From contig OX597831.1 of assembly GCA_951406725.2 (NCBI GenBank), positions 71,796,001-71,860,000 on the forward strand: 64,000 bases of DNA. The letters run 5' to 3'. Below the pieces are notes generated by a model, which saw nothing but the letters and a program-made list of their open reading frames with translations, did not search any database and was not told where the DNA came from. The stretch comes from Octopus vulgaris. Its lineage: Eukaryota. Positions 12,582-25,310 of the stretch are shown here, piece after piece. Positions within the stretch are counted from its first letter, which is position 1. Each line of letters opens with the position of its first letter. A program made the position numbers and the translations under genes.

Positions 12582-13819
12582 GGGTTGAAAACGCCTTAAA
12601 ATTTTAAACAAATTTATTTTAATATGGGACAGAACCGCCTTTGGCAGCAATTACAGCTTGAATTTTAAGAGATATGGACTCGTACAAAGTTTCAATTGTT
12701 TCTAAAGGAATTTTTGTCCATTCTTCAGCTAAAACAGTCTCCAGTTCTTGCAGTGATGATGGTAGAGGATATCGACTCCTTACTTGTTTTTTTAAAATGC
12801 ACCATAAATGTTCAATGATATTGAGATTTGGTGTCTGTGGTGGTCAGATAAGATGTTCAACTTCACTGGAATGTTCCTCGTGCCATTCAATAATAACTTA
12901 AGCTCTGTGAATTGGTGCATTATCATCCTGAAAGATTGCGTTTCCCCCCAGAAACCGTTCCACAACCATAGGATTAAACTGATCAGATAAAATGCTTAAA
13001 TAGTCTTGACTATTAGTTCTGTCATGAAGGGAAACCACTGGGCTAGCAGATTTGCAAGATATAGCGCCCCAGATCATCACAGATCCTCCTCCATGTTTAA
13101 CAGTTGGAAGAAGGCAGTCTTGATCAAATGCTTCTTTTTGGCTGTCTCCACACGTATACTCGGCCGGTGGTCGGAAATAAAATAAAGGATGATTCTTCCA
13201 CTGTTCTAGGGACCAATTCTGTAGGTTTTTACTCCACTCTGAAAGCTTTGCAACGTTTGATTTTGAAAGTAGTGGTTTTCTGTTTGCAGTCCTCCCGTGA
13301 AATCCGGCTTTGTGCAGCTCCTGGCGAACAGTTTTTGTAGAAACTGGGTTCTCGAGGTGGTCATTAACCTCTGCAGTAATTTTAGGAGCTGTACTTTTGT
13401 GATCCTTTCTAGCAATTCGCGTAAGAATACGAAGGCCCCTGTCCGAAAGTTTTGGTTTTCTTCTGGAGTTTTGTTTCAACAAGGAGGTTTTTGCCACTTT
13501 ATCAAAGGTTGTCATTACTTTCGAGACACTTCTTCTTGATACACCAAACATTTCGGCTGTTTCCGTTACTCTAGCGCCTGCCATACGAACACCAACAATT
13601 TGACCTCTTTGAAAGTCCGATAGATCTGTTATTTTAATGAATTTTAATTACCTTTTTCTGATGATACCTGAAAAGAAACAGCAATTTTAGCAAAACATTT
13701 TAAGCAACACAAAAAAGAAAAAAAAACATAAAAATAAACAAACTTTTGACGGTTTTATAGATATCTCAATATTATGATGCCATGATGCTAGGTGTTTCCA
13801 TTATTTTGTCCAACAGCTG
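12579..13819 (-). mobile_element. Tc1-family DNA transposon, defective, DD36E spacing
   Basis: TIR remnants CAGGGGTTG..AAACGCC and CAGCTGTTGGACAAAATAATGGAAACACC lie in or next to TA tracts. Transposase motifs DLSDFQRGQIVG, RKPLL, PTVKHGGGSVMIWG, FQDDNAPIH, PPQTPNLNIIEHLW, AVIAAKGG. The first catalytic Asp motif is missing and there are two stops. Confidence 0.92.
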
Positions 13820-13848
13820 CTTGTATATATATATATATATATATATAA

Positions 13849-13907
<59 letters not shown>

Positions 13908-13938
13908 TATATAATATATATAATATATACATATATAT

Positions 13939-13994
<56 letters not shown>

Positions 13995-14589
13995 CATACA
14001 TACACACACATACACACAGACACAGACACACACAGACTCACACACACGCATATATGTATATATATACCAGTGGCGACTCCATCACTCGGGCTGCTCGATT
14101 TAGCCCGTGTATAGATTTAGCAAAGTGGACGCGTATTTGCAAGCTGATTCAATTTCTGCCAAAACTTACATCAACTATATATTTACAGCCAATAACTCGG
14201 GCTCCGTTCATTTATTTTCGTACACCGGCTGGCGGTCGTCTTAGAGGTGAGTCCAGATACTTGAATCTATGTTGAGAGATTGTCTTGGCCCGTTTGCTTT
14301 CGGACGGTTGATTTCTGTAGTTATTATTAGTGTATTTTGGCGATTTAAATAAGAGTCTTGACTGTTCTTTTCAGCAGGTAGACATACTCAGTATGTCTTT
14401 TGATTAATTTTCGTCCTTCAGCTATTTAATGCCTTTTTTGGGCGGGGGGATGCAATCGCCTATATTATTGATTCTGTTATTATTATCTTTAAATTGTTAA
14501 ACTAGATAATAACAGAGTCAATTATATCTTCGCAATTTATTTTTCCGTGAATTATTTTTCTCATGAATTATTTACTCCGTATTGAAATC

Positions 14590-14830
14590 ATTTTCACACC
14601 CCTTCGCTCCTTTATTTAATATCACGGCTTTGAGTCGACCAAGAAGGAATTTTATCAAATTACTAATATGAGAGTATGATCCAAATCTGTCTCTTCTTTG
14701 GTTAATACTTCGATAATTTATATAGTTTTCGACGATTTTTATCGTAACCTTCTATCAAGATGTTCCCGTACGGATTTTACTGGATTAAGGTCGCGGCATT
14801 GAGAAACTTATTTCAAAGATAATTCAAAGA
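14590..14830 (-). pseudogene. Old Tc1 transposase C-terminal remnant
   Basis: Minus translation QCRDLNPVKSVREHLDRRLR and GRLKAVILNKG, resembling QSPDLNPIE...RLxAVIxxKG. Confidence 0.55.
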
Positions 14831-15067
14831 GATTCCGTGACTAAACCATTGCAAGAGAGGGAGAGAGAAACAGAGAAACAGAGAGAGACTGAGAAAGAGA
14901 GAGAGAGAGGCAGAGAGAAAGAGAGATTGAATCCAAGTTTCACTCCAAAAGAGAATTGTAGTAAAACACTAGTGTCTGCAGATATCAGATACCGGCAGCT
15001 TCTGTTTGATATAGTTCAACTAAATAACTCCGTTAATGATTAATCACACCTGGGATGATCATCTGGG

Positions 15068-15110
15068 TTACGTAAGTTGAGGCAGTGACGTCAGTAGATG
15101 TTAGTTCCGG
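15068..15110. promoter_or_regulatory. Cluster of bZIP and ETS-like motifs (TTACGTAA, TGACGTCA, TTCCGG)
   Basis: Perfect TTACGTAA at 15068-15075, CRE palindrome at 15086-15093 and TTCCGG at 15105-15110, in sequence not repeated in this window. Confidence 0.3.
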
Positions 15111-15311
15111 CCACTTTCTGGTTAGTTTCGTCAAATACTGCAACGGGACTGCAACTGTGATAACAACTGACCACACCTAGTATATGCATCATTAAGCTAT
15201 GCTTAATGTAGAATAACGGCTATTTTTACCTGATGAGTACAGGTGAGATAATATACTGGATGCGTGCGAATATGTATGCTTGTGTGTATGTATGAGTGTG
15301 AATGGCTATGC

Positions 15312-15343
<32 letters not shown>

Positions 15344-15529
15344 GTGTGTATGTGTGCGTGTGCGTGTACGTGTGTGAATGGCTGTATGAGTGTATGTGAG
15401 TATGTAAATAGAATTTCACATTCCAAGAAAATCATGCATCGTTTATCTTGTGTGATATTCGTTTCATGTTACACTCCGATAACGCCTATCTCTCCCCCTT
15501 TCTCTCTACCTATCTCTCTCTCACTCTCT

Positions 15530-15598
<69 letters not shown>

Positions 15599-15869
15599 CA
15601 CACACACATACAATTACATATAAATATACATACATACGAACACACACGAACACGCATATACGTATACATTTACATATTTGCATTTACGCATGCATACTAC
15701 ATAAATTTATATGTGCATACATATATGAAAATGCAGAGTAATGCGCACGCGCGTGTTAGTGTGTGTGCGTGTGTGTGCGTGCGTTTGTGCACATACCTAG
15801 ACTGTGACATGCACTCATTCACATGCATACGCACTCACATAGCTACACACTTTTACAAACACACACAGA

Positions 15870-16150
15870 ACAGGCACTCCATCGATCGACGGAACAACCT
15901 ACGTGTAAAATGTCCACGTGTAAGTGGCTGAGTACTCCACAGACACGAGTACCCTCAACGTAGATCTCTGTGAGATTCAGCGTGACAGAATGTGACAAGG
16001 CTGGCCCTTTGAAATACAGCAACTACTCATTTTTACCAGCTGAGAGCAGACTGGAGCAACCTGAAATAAAGTGTCTTGCTCAAGGACACAACACGTCGCC
16101 GGGAATCGAACTCACGACCTCACGATGATGAGCCGAATACCCTAACCGCT
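15870..16150 (-). mobile_element. tRNA-derived SINE family S3
   Basis: Minus: GAGTTCGATTCCC B-box, TGTCCTTGAGCAAGACACTTTA, AAGGGCCAGCCTTGTCACA; homologous to 21835-22112 and 29312-29665. Confidence 0.75.
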
Positions 16151-16725
16151 AATCTACACAAACATACATAGAAATATCTGAAGGTCTCTAACCCGAACAT
16201 CCTGTTCGGGTTAGAGTTGGCACAAAGGTATTACATTTGGTTTGAAGTGCGATGGGATTATGTGATGTGTTATGCTTGCAGAAGGTCATTCATGGCGTAG
16301 GAGAGGTAAAATTGCCTTCAAAATGAGATTGAAAGCGTGCCGCTATCTTGGCTTCTCTACCGTCTCCCATACGCTCGTCAGAATTTAGGGTCATGTAATT
16401 CCCAGCTGAAGATTTTGCTTGCTAGTGCTGGACAATCATTTTTAGCATCAGAGGCAATCACAGACTAACCATAACATAGCATAATATATATACATTCATT
16501 CAAGCAAGCGCAAGTCCTTGCATACATGCTCACACACAAAGATACACACAAACACACACACGCGTTAAGTTTTAAAGTCTTTTCAGATTCGTTAAATCGT
16601 CGAATGGAGAGCGTTGTCGTATAAGTCCAGGCTGTCTGCGCTCTAAGTTCATATCCTATGGCAGTCAATTTGGCTTTTTACTCTTTCGAGGTCGATTAAT
16701 GTAATAGCTGTTTAGTACTGGGGTA

Positions 16726-16765
<40 letters not shown>

Positions 16766-16882
16766 TCCCTCTCCCATTCCCTTCCCCTCCCTCACTCCTC
16801 TCTCCCCCATCTCCCCCTCTCTCTGTGCATTGTACATGTAATCCGAAGTTTCAGCCTTGTTACATTATTTCATGTTGTATAA

Positions 16883-17087
16883 GGCGGCGAGCTGGCAGAA
16901 ACGTTAGCACACCGGGCGAAATGATTTGCGGTATTTCGTCTGCCGTTACGTTGTGAGTTCAAATTCCGCCGAGGTCAACTTTGCTTTTCATCCGTTCGGG
17001 GTCGATAAATTAAGTACCAGTTACGCACTGGGGTCGAGTCCTTGTTTGTCCCCTTTATGCTTAGCCCCTTGTGGGTAATAAAGAAAT
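16883..17087 (+). mobile_element. SINE family S2 with a 14-bp target-site duplication
   Basis: A-box TGGCAGAAACG, B-box GTTCAAATTCC, GCTTTTCATCCGTTCGGGGTCGATAAATTAAGTACC central domain. ATTATTTCATGTTG occurs at 16864-16877 and 17089-17102. Confidence 0.85.
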
Positions 17088-18436
17088 AATTATTTCATGT
17101 TGATGGGAATTGTATTAAGATGGGAATTGTATTTTTTCCATCTTTCCTCCTTTCTTACTCTATAACTTACTCGCGCTGACACTTATTCTCTCGCTCTTTC
17201 TTACATCACACTATATTTCACTGCCTGCTCACCTTTTTTTGCCTGTAGAACCATCGTCCTTACAAACCAACAGTTTACAATGCCTCCCTCTATTTCTGCA
17301 TCTCTACCACTCGTTAAATCTCTCGCCTTCTATTTATCTTCGCTCATCCACACACTTACACACATTCAAATATCACACGCTTATATACTAGGATAGTACT
17401 CGTCCTTCAGTTATATTAAGGGATTCTTTCAGTTTCTGTCTGTCAAATTCACTCGCAAGGCTTTGGTCGATCCGAGGTTATTGTAGAAGACACTTCACCA
17501 AGATGCATCGCAGTGGGATTGAACCTAGTGCCATGTGGTTGGAATGCAAACTTCACACCACATATGCACACACACACACACATGAAGACAGAGAGACAGG
17601 GAGAAAAAGGCGGGAAATAAAGACACACACACACACACACACACAAAAACAAACAAACAGAGAGACTGAGTTCGAGAAAGGCGCCAAACCTCTGTGCGAG
17701 ATTGGTATCCTGTCGGAAGGGCACTTTTCTGGCTTTCCTATGTTAATATTTACACTGTTTTTCTATCGTTTATATTAAAAATTTTACCCTTTGATACGTA
17801 CATACATACACACATATATGCCTGTGTGTATGTATGCATTCATGCATCTATGTAAAGTGCATATCTGAAATTGTGAGCTTTTACGTTGATGCTGTGTTCT
17901 TGGGCAGATGTGTTTATATTTATGAAAATGAAAATTTACCCATGTGTTGTTGGTTAGTTCTATGATCAAAGACATTCCAGCTTTGACCCACACCCCCTTT
18001 GCATCCCTCTTTATTAAGATAGCAGGGTGTGGTTTCAGGAAGATTTGATTATTATTTCTTATAGGTCAAGTGACCACGTAGAGGATATTTTATTGGCTAC
18101 AAAGTTATGACTGTCGTTTGGCTATTGAGAGCTTTCCAGATTCAGTTTTTGACAAGAGCCATTAAATATAGGTCGCTTATGTATCTATGTGTATCATCTA
18201 CGTATATTTATTATTTCATGTGTGCATTTATGCCTCTATACATATGTGTCTTTGTATTTACAAAGATGTACTTTTATATCATCGTGTACTGATGTGTAGT
18301 GTATGCTTGTATATATATATGCATACACTCGCGAGCGCACACACACACGCATATTATGTGTGAGTATGTATAACTATCATGTGTGTATGTGTATATGTGC
18401 GTGTATGTATATGTAAATATATATCTATATATCTAC

Positions 18437-18483
<47 letters not shown>

Positions 18484-18646
18484 TGTATATGTATATATAT
18501 GTATGTATAATATGTATGAATACTACCACACTAGCAGATTTACACACACACACACGTTTAAAACTGCGTATGGCTTATCCCTTTATTTATATAAGGAGAT
18601 ATCACTAAAAACAAACTTTATTTATTATCTTTTCAACATCAAAAGT

Positions 18647-18748
<102 letters not shown>

Positions 18749-18749
18749 A

Positions 18750-18785
<36 letters not shown>

Positions 18786-18919
18786 TGTATGTATGTATGT
18801 ATGTATGTATGTATGTGTGTATATCTACATATATATATGTATGTATATATATGTAAAAACCTCCAACTACATTTTCCCGCCCACACACGTATTCTACAAT
18901 ATTTATGTGTGTTTGTGTT

Positions 18920-18966
<47 letters not shown>

Positions 18967-19100
18967 ATGCATACACATATACACAGACATACGCACACTT
19001 TTATGCATAAGAAAAATCAAAAACTCAGTACCCCAAGCACTATTTTGGGGAAAACAGTCGGTGACTTATTGCCCCAGTCCTCAGAGGTTCAGTCATACAC

Positions 19101-19175
<75 letters not shown>

Positions 19176-20685
19176 TATATGTTCAGATCTATCTGGTGAA
19201 ATTGTGAATGCAACTGAGAAATCTTGGAATTTGCTAAAAGCTCTTTACATGATCGAACTTGTTGCGTATTTACAGGTTTTCATTTATGTACCACGGTTAT
19301 GTTTCGGCTTACATAACAGTAGCACACTTATGTACAGGTTTGTTTGTGATTGTGGTATTTGAACTGGGAAGCTACGTTGTCCACACAGAAAAATGCTTCG
19401 TAAGAAAACTTTGTGTGATTTGATGAAATCAGAGTATTTATGCGTAGGTAGGAAATAATGTATTAGCGTTAGAACTTCCTGGTTATGTTCGCGTTGAATT
19501 CTAGGTTGTGTGGTGGATTAAAGCAGATTACTTCCGTTTTCCTGGTTTTACTTTGCTGTGTCGGGAGTGGGTTCTTATCCGTATAGTCTAGATTTTTCAC
19601 TGAAGCTGCTCCTCGTTAATGCCTCATTATAATAGAGGGTATTATGGTATCCTATACAAGATAGCTCTACGTACACACGTGCACGCGCATTCATATCTAC
19701 ATGCATATATGTGTGTGTGTGTGTGTGTGTGTGCATGTATACATTAGTGTATATATATGTTGTGTATGTGTGTTTATATCTAAATATATACCGACCAGTC
19801 AAAAGACCACCCACCACGACCACCCCCACTACAAACTACCATCATTAGCAATCTTCCTCTTTTCACCAACGTCATATTTTAAGTAAATTATAAACAAAAA
19901 AAACAATAAAAATTCGCAAATCCGCAAACGCGTCTGAATTCACACTCATACGCACGTACACGCGCGCGCAGAGCTGGTAAATTCCTATTTCATCTCAATA
20001 TGAAACTCAAGGAATTCTTTTACTTTCTCTAAGTAAATCCTTTATCCTAAAAAAAATCGTACAATTGCCTCCGAAATAAAGAGATTATCAGCGCTAAAGA
20101 AAACCAAATCTTGAAATACTTGACATCAAGCAACGGCTGAATAATTCATCTCATTTCATGCTGTGACGAAATAGGAATGTACAAGTTAATGTCTTTGCAT
20201 CTACTTCTGTTGTTTGCGCCCAGCTCAGCCCTAATCGAGCTGAACTATGGTCTAAGACACTCTAGCCATGACGAACTAATCTTTCTAAGCAATAATGTCT
20301 TCGGATCCACGTTATTCAATGCGTCTTTCCTATAAGACGTTAGGCCGTAATTTGGAGAGACTGCCTATTTTAAGTATGTGGAACGGCCACTTTAGAGGTA
20401 CTCTTGGTGTCTTGATGAACGATGTCCCTGTTATTTAGTTTCAGAGCGACCCTGACCAAACAGACTTACGATTAGAAGGTGCTCCAACCATGATCATCCT
20501 GTGGCACTTTTTGAGAAACTATACTATGATTCGAGTGAAGTTTCATCTTAGTACAGTTAAGAAGTAATTCTTTTAGATTCTTCAGAAGATCTGGTATTGT
20601 AACAGATTGGAACATACATATATACACGCATATATAGTTACACATAATACATATTTCTATATGCACATATACAAATATACATATG

Positions 20686-20744
<59 letters not shown>

Positions 20745-20826
20745 AATAATATATATATATGCACATATACATACGTATATGTACATACTTACATCAATAT
20801 ATATATCTCCATTTTCTAATTTTGTA

Positions 20827-20867
<41 letters not shown>

Positions 20868-20869
20868 TA

Positions 20870-21212
20870 TGTGGGCACAGGACGTCAAAAATGTGTTCAA
20901 CAGAAAAATACGAAGTACGAGTACATGAAATATGAACTAGTTTTTCGAACAATGAAAGACACAAATGGAAAACAAGACAAACAACACAAAGAACAACCCT
21001 TCATCAGTTGTCGGGTGTTTTTCTTCTCTCGTATTTCGAGCATTTAACAACAATATACGCTTTCGATAAAACAGTTGCTCCCGCAAAGCAAATTAAATAA
21101 AATTTGGGGTTTTGCGGAGGATCAAAATTGGTAGCACAAACAGGACAGTGAAAACAAACAGGAAGGGCTGCTATGCTTAAACGAGGTTGTGGTGGCGAAC
21201 GCGTAAATTAAG
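20870..21212 (-). mobile_element. Non-autonomous element carrying a permuted hammerhead (copy B)
   Basis: Alignable along its length to 24780-25115; flanked by TA/TACA tracts. Confidence 0.7.
20996..21059 (-). ncRNA. Hammerhead-like motif, non-circularly permuted order (copy B)
   Basis: CGTA-T-A-TTGTTG-ttaaat-GCTC-GAAA-TACG-16nt-CGACAA-CTGATGA-A-GGGT. Confidence 0.62.
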
Positions 21213-21234
21213 CTTATATACATACATACATACA

Positions 21235-21380
<146 letters not shown>

Positions 21381-21540
21381 TACATATACATATATATATA
21401 TATATATATACATTGTTAATGTACAGAAGTACACGTGTATATATTTGCAAATCTATGCACACACAAACATATACTAAGAGCATTAGACCCCTTTGTAAGA
21501 AAGCCAGGGAATGTGTACGGCAACAAAGACGAAAACACAA

Positions 21541-22401
21541 ATATATAAGCCATTTACGATTAACAATCAGAGACTGAATAGAAAAAAGGAGAGAGATCCT
21601 TCCACGAAACTCAAAACCCGTATGCTTCTTAATTGTTGATATAAATGAGTATGCATGTGTGTGTGTGTGCGTATGTGCGTGTGTGTGCGTGTGTGTGTGT
21701 GTGTGTTTTTTTATCTTTCTAAATAGTTAAGTTACCAGATAGTGTAATGCCGCGTAGTGTAGGAAACTGCAATGTGTTACATTAATTAGCATATTGTTAT
21801 ATGATGCATTTAAAATGAACGAGAGGATACTGGTTCTCCGTCGGCCACGACGACGAGCGTTCCAGTTGATCCGATCAACGGGACAGCCTATTCATGAAAT
21901 TAAAGTAGAATTGATAAAGCACTCCACAGACACGCGAACCCTTAACGTAGTTCTCAGGGAGATTCAGCATGACACAGAATGTGACAAGGCTAACTGGACT
22001 GGAGCAACTTGAAATAAAGTGCCTTGCCCAAGGACACAACGCACTGCCGGTTATCGAACTCACGGCTTTACGATTCGAGAGCCGAACACCCTACCCACTA
22101 AGCCACGCGCCTTCATACTGGAAGACACACACACACACACTCGTGTTGTATGTAAAGATCGAGTTGCCAGTTGCCTAGTTTCGCCAAACAGCTTATTCTG
22201 CCCGAGTGAATAAGTTAAGAGTCGAGACTCGAAATCCCAATCAACGCATTCTTTAAAACAAATTTACCTCAGAGTAGAGGCAAACCTCAATTAATAAATG
22301 TTCTGTTGTTATTCTTAAACTAACACCGAAATAAAGATCTTAATTTAGCTCACACACACACTCACAAACACACATACACACACACACACACACTCTTTCT
22401 T

Positions 22402-22463
<62 letters not shown>

Positions 22464-22575
22464 ATACTCACTTATATCAACAATTAAGAATTAAGAAGCA
22501 TACGGGTTTTGAGTCTCGTGGGAGGACCTGTCTCCTTTTTTCTATTCAGTCTCTGATTGTTAATCGTAAATGGCT

Positions 22576-22581
<6 letters not shown>
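21541..22581. repeat. Inverted duplication, ~115-bp arms (21541-21653 / 22463-22581)
   Basis: ATATATAAGCCATTTACGATTAACAATCAGAGACTG...GAGTATG is reverse-complemented at 22463-22581, with a few substitutions and a 7-nt duplication. Confidence 0.85.
21835..22112 (-). mobile_element. SINE family S3
   Basis: Minus: GGCGCGTGGCTTAGTGGGTAGG head, GAGTTCGATA B-box, TGTCCTTGGGCAAGGCACTTTA. Confidence 0.75.
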
Positions 22582-22609
<28 letters not shown>

Positions 22610-23606
22610 AACACACACACACATACACACGCATCATGCATATATATGTTTGTGTAGATTTTCCTCGTGATCTATTAAACGCTAATGAGCTCAGCTAAGT
22701 CAATTCCAAGAGAACGTTCTTCTATGGCAGACGAATAAATCTAAATATCCTATTTTATTTAATACTGGCTTTCTATTTACCTTTCATCATTCTAGGCTAG
22801 AGAAAATAAATAGTAGTAAAATGTTTAGCCGCGCGCATGCGTGTGTGTTTATGTTGTTGTTGTTCTTCTTTTTTGTGATTGTTTTTATCAGTCGCCTTAA
22901 ATTTCTGGCCTTGTGCCTAACTTACAAATCATTATTTTTCAAAACCAGCAATAATTGTCTAACTTGACCTTATTCCTTGGAAAAAAAAGAAAGAAAGAAA
23001 AAAGACTGGATTCCCTTTTTCTCCCTGCGTTTCCCTCCTGTTTTCTCTCCCTCACTTTTAACTAACCAAATCTGTGTCTCTTTCCAACTACGAGTCTGTT
23101 AATCTATCCGAACCTTGTCATCTTTGTCACACAAACACATTTTGTCGTTGTTCTCTCACAGCTCTTTCTACCAACTCTCTCTCTCTCACGTCTCTCCCTC
23201 GCCACTCTCTTACCTCACTCTCTCCCATTCTCTCCCTCTTTCTCAATAACACACACAAAATAATCATACCTCATCTTATTATTTCCCAGTGAATTTGTCA
23301 AAACTGGGTGACTCTGCCAAAAATGATTAGGCTGAACAATCCTACTCTAAGCATGCGCCTTCGAACTTGGAAAGAAGAGTTTCGCAAGGGCTTGTGTCCT
23401 TGGTGGTCCGAGCGATCTTGGATCTGTGGGATTTCTTGATTGGTCCAAGTTAGAGATTCCGTTGCATCAGTAGGATTGCTGCATAGTAGTATACACATAC
23501 TTTGTACACTATCATACTTTCATTTCATTTCTCCATCTGTCTTTCTTCCCTTTGTAAAACCCCGCACAAAATGTAATATTCCCCTCATCTGTTGCCCTTG
23601 TGGCAA

Positions 23607-23740
<134 letters not shown>

Positions 23741-24703
23741 GGAGGTGTTATCATGTACATTGTTTTGTCTTGGTATAAAAGATGGACTAACAGCAAATAT
23801 TCTGCTCAATACCATAGATTTGCGTGTCAGTTGCTTAACCTTAATTAGTTGGCCATGTCCCTTAGTGGCTGACGATACGTGCATCTCTGATCACAAGCAG
23901 AAGTATTGGAGGAGCATCATAGCCATGTGTTGAGAGGAATTCTTTGAGGTTTGGATAATTCACCTGTGGAAACATGGGTGTTTTGTTCAGCATCCTTAAA
24001 CAATCCTTATTCAGGGACCTTTTGAGTAGGATGGGCTGGCTACTCGACCTGAAGAAAATTTTAATTGGGCCTCACCTGCAAGGTCATGTGCTGTTTATCT
24101 TGATATGAGATCACTATGTCGTGCACATATGGTTGTGATGCATGTGCCTGGTGTGCCCTTATCAGACGGGTAGTCATGATGGGTATACTAGGTTTCGTAT
24201 ATTTTACCCCAGTGTCACTTTGATGGCATGCACTGCTCTCTCACTCAATAATAATAATAATAAAGGAAAGGCTTATCAATATTTCAACGTAGAAATAAAT
24301 TTATATATACATTTATAAATACAAATCTATGTTGGACAGAGCATAGCTAGAATATGGAAATCTATGAACAACATCCCGAAGTTTTATCAAAGCTATAGGA
24401 AGCTATCTATAAAGCATCACATTATATTTGAAACATAGGAAACCATCAATGAATGAAACATCAGATCGTAGCTAAGATACATTATTTCAGTCAATGGATC
24501 ATGGCCATGCTGTGGCAACGACTTAAAGGGTTTTAGCCGAGCAAATCAACCCTGGTACTTATTCTATTGGACACTTTTGTCGAATCGCTAAGTTACGTGG
24601 TCATAAACAAACCAACAACGGTTGTCAGGCGAGGTAAGGAAAGCACACACACACATACATATGTATGTATGTATGTATATATAATATAATATAATATAGA
24701 TAA

Positions 24704-24738
<35 letters not shown>

Positions 24739-24779
24739 GTATACGTATACGTACATACATGTTTACGTATGTACATAAG

Positions 24780-25310
24780 CATATGTGGGCACAGGAGGTC
24801 ACAAAACATAAACAAAAATTAATACGAAATACGAGGATGTGGAATAAGGATTTTTTGCAAGCAACGAAAGAAACAAATGGAAAACAAGACAAGAAACACA
24901 AGGAACGACCCTTCATCAGTTGTCGGCTGTTTTTCTAATCCGTATTTCGAGCAATTCACGACAAGATACGCCTTCGATAAAGTAGTTGCTCTCGCAAAGC
25001 AAATTAAATAAAATTTGCGATCTTGAAGAGAATCAAGATTGGTGATAAAAGCAGGACAGTGAAAACAAACAGGAAGGGCTGCTAAGCCTAAATGAGGTTG
25101 TGGTGGCGAACGCGAAGAAACAAATCTGGACAGGAGACAGAGAACAATATGTCTTCCCTGTCCAGCTGAAATAAGAAGAAAGAAAGAAACACAAGTTAGG
25201 AGAATGACCGATGGTCACGTGGGAGCCACGTGAGCAAAGGAGGCAGAGTGAGGGAGAGAGAGTCACAGACAGAGAACTGTGAAGGGGTGAGGAAAAGATT
25301 TGGAGACAGG
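24780..25310 (-). mobile_element. Non-autonomous element carrying a permuted hammerhead (copy C), nested in an S1 SINE
   Basis: Lies between the S1 3' half (~24480-24650) and the S1 head (~25315-25465), next to the SINE's internal TA tract. Confidence 0.7.
24908..24970 (-). ncRNA. Hammerhead-like motif, non-circularly permuted order (copy C, best preserved)
   Basis: CGTA-T-C-TTGTCG-tgaatt-GCTC-GAAA-TACG-15nt-CGACAA-CTGATGA-A-GGGT. Confidence 0.68.

Noticed and set aside
16187-16217. 14-bp perfect inverted repeat CTCTAACCCGAACA / TGTTCGGGTTAGAG
   Set aside because: Real but isolated; no context to assign a function, and it is not a bacterial terminator.
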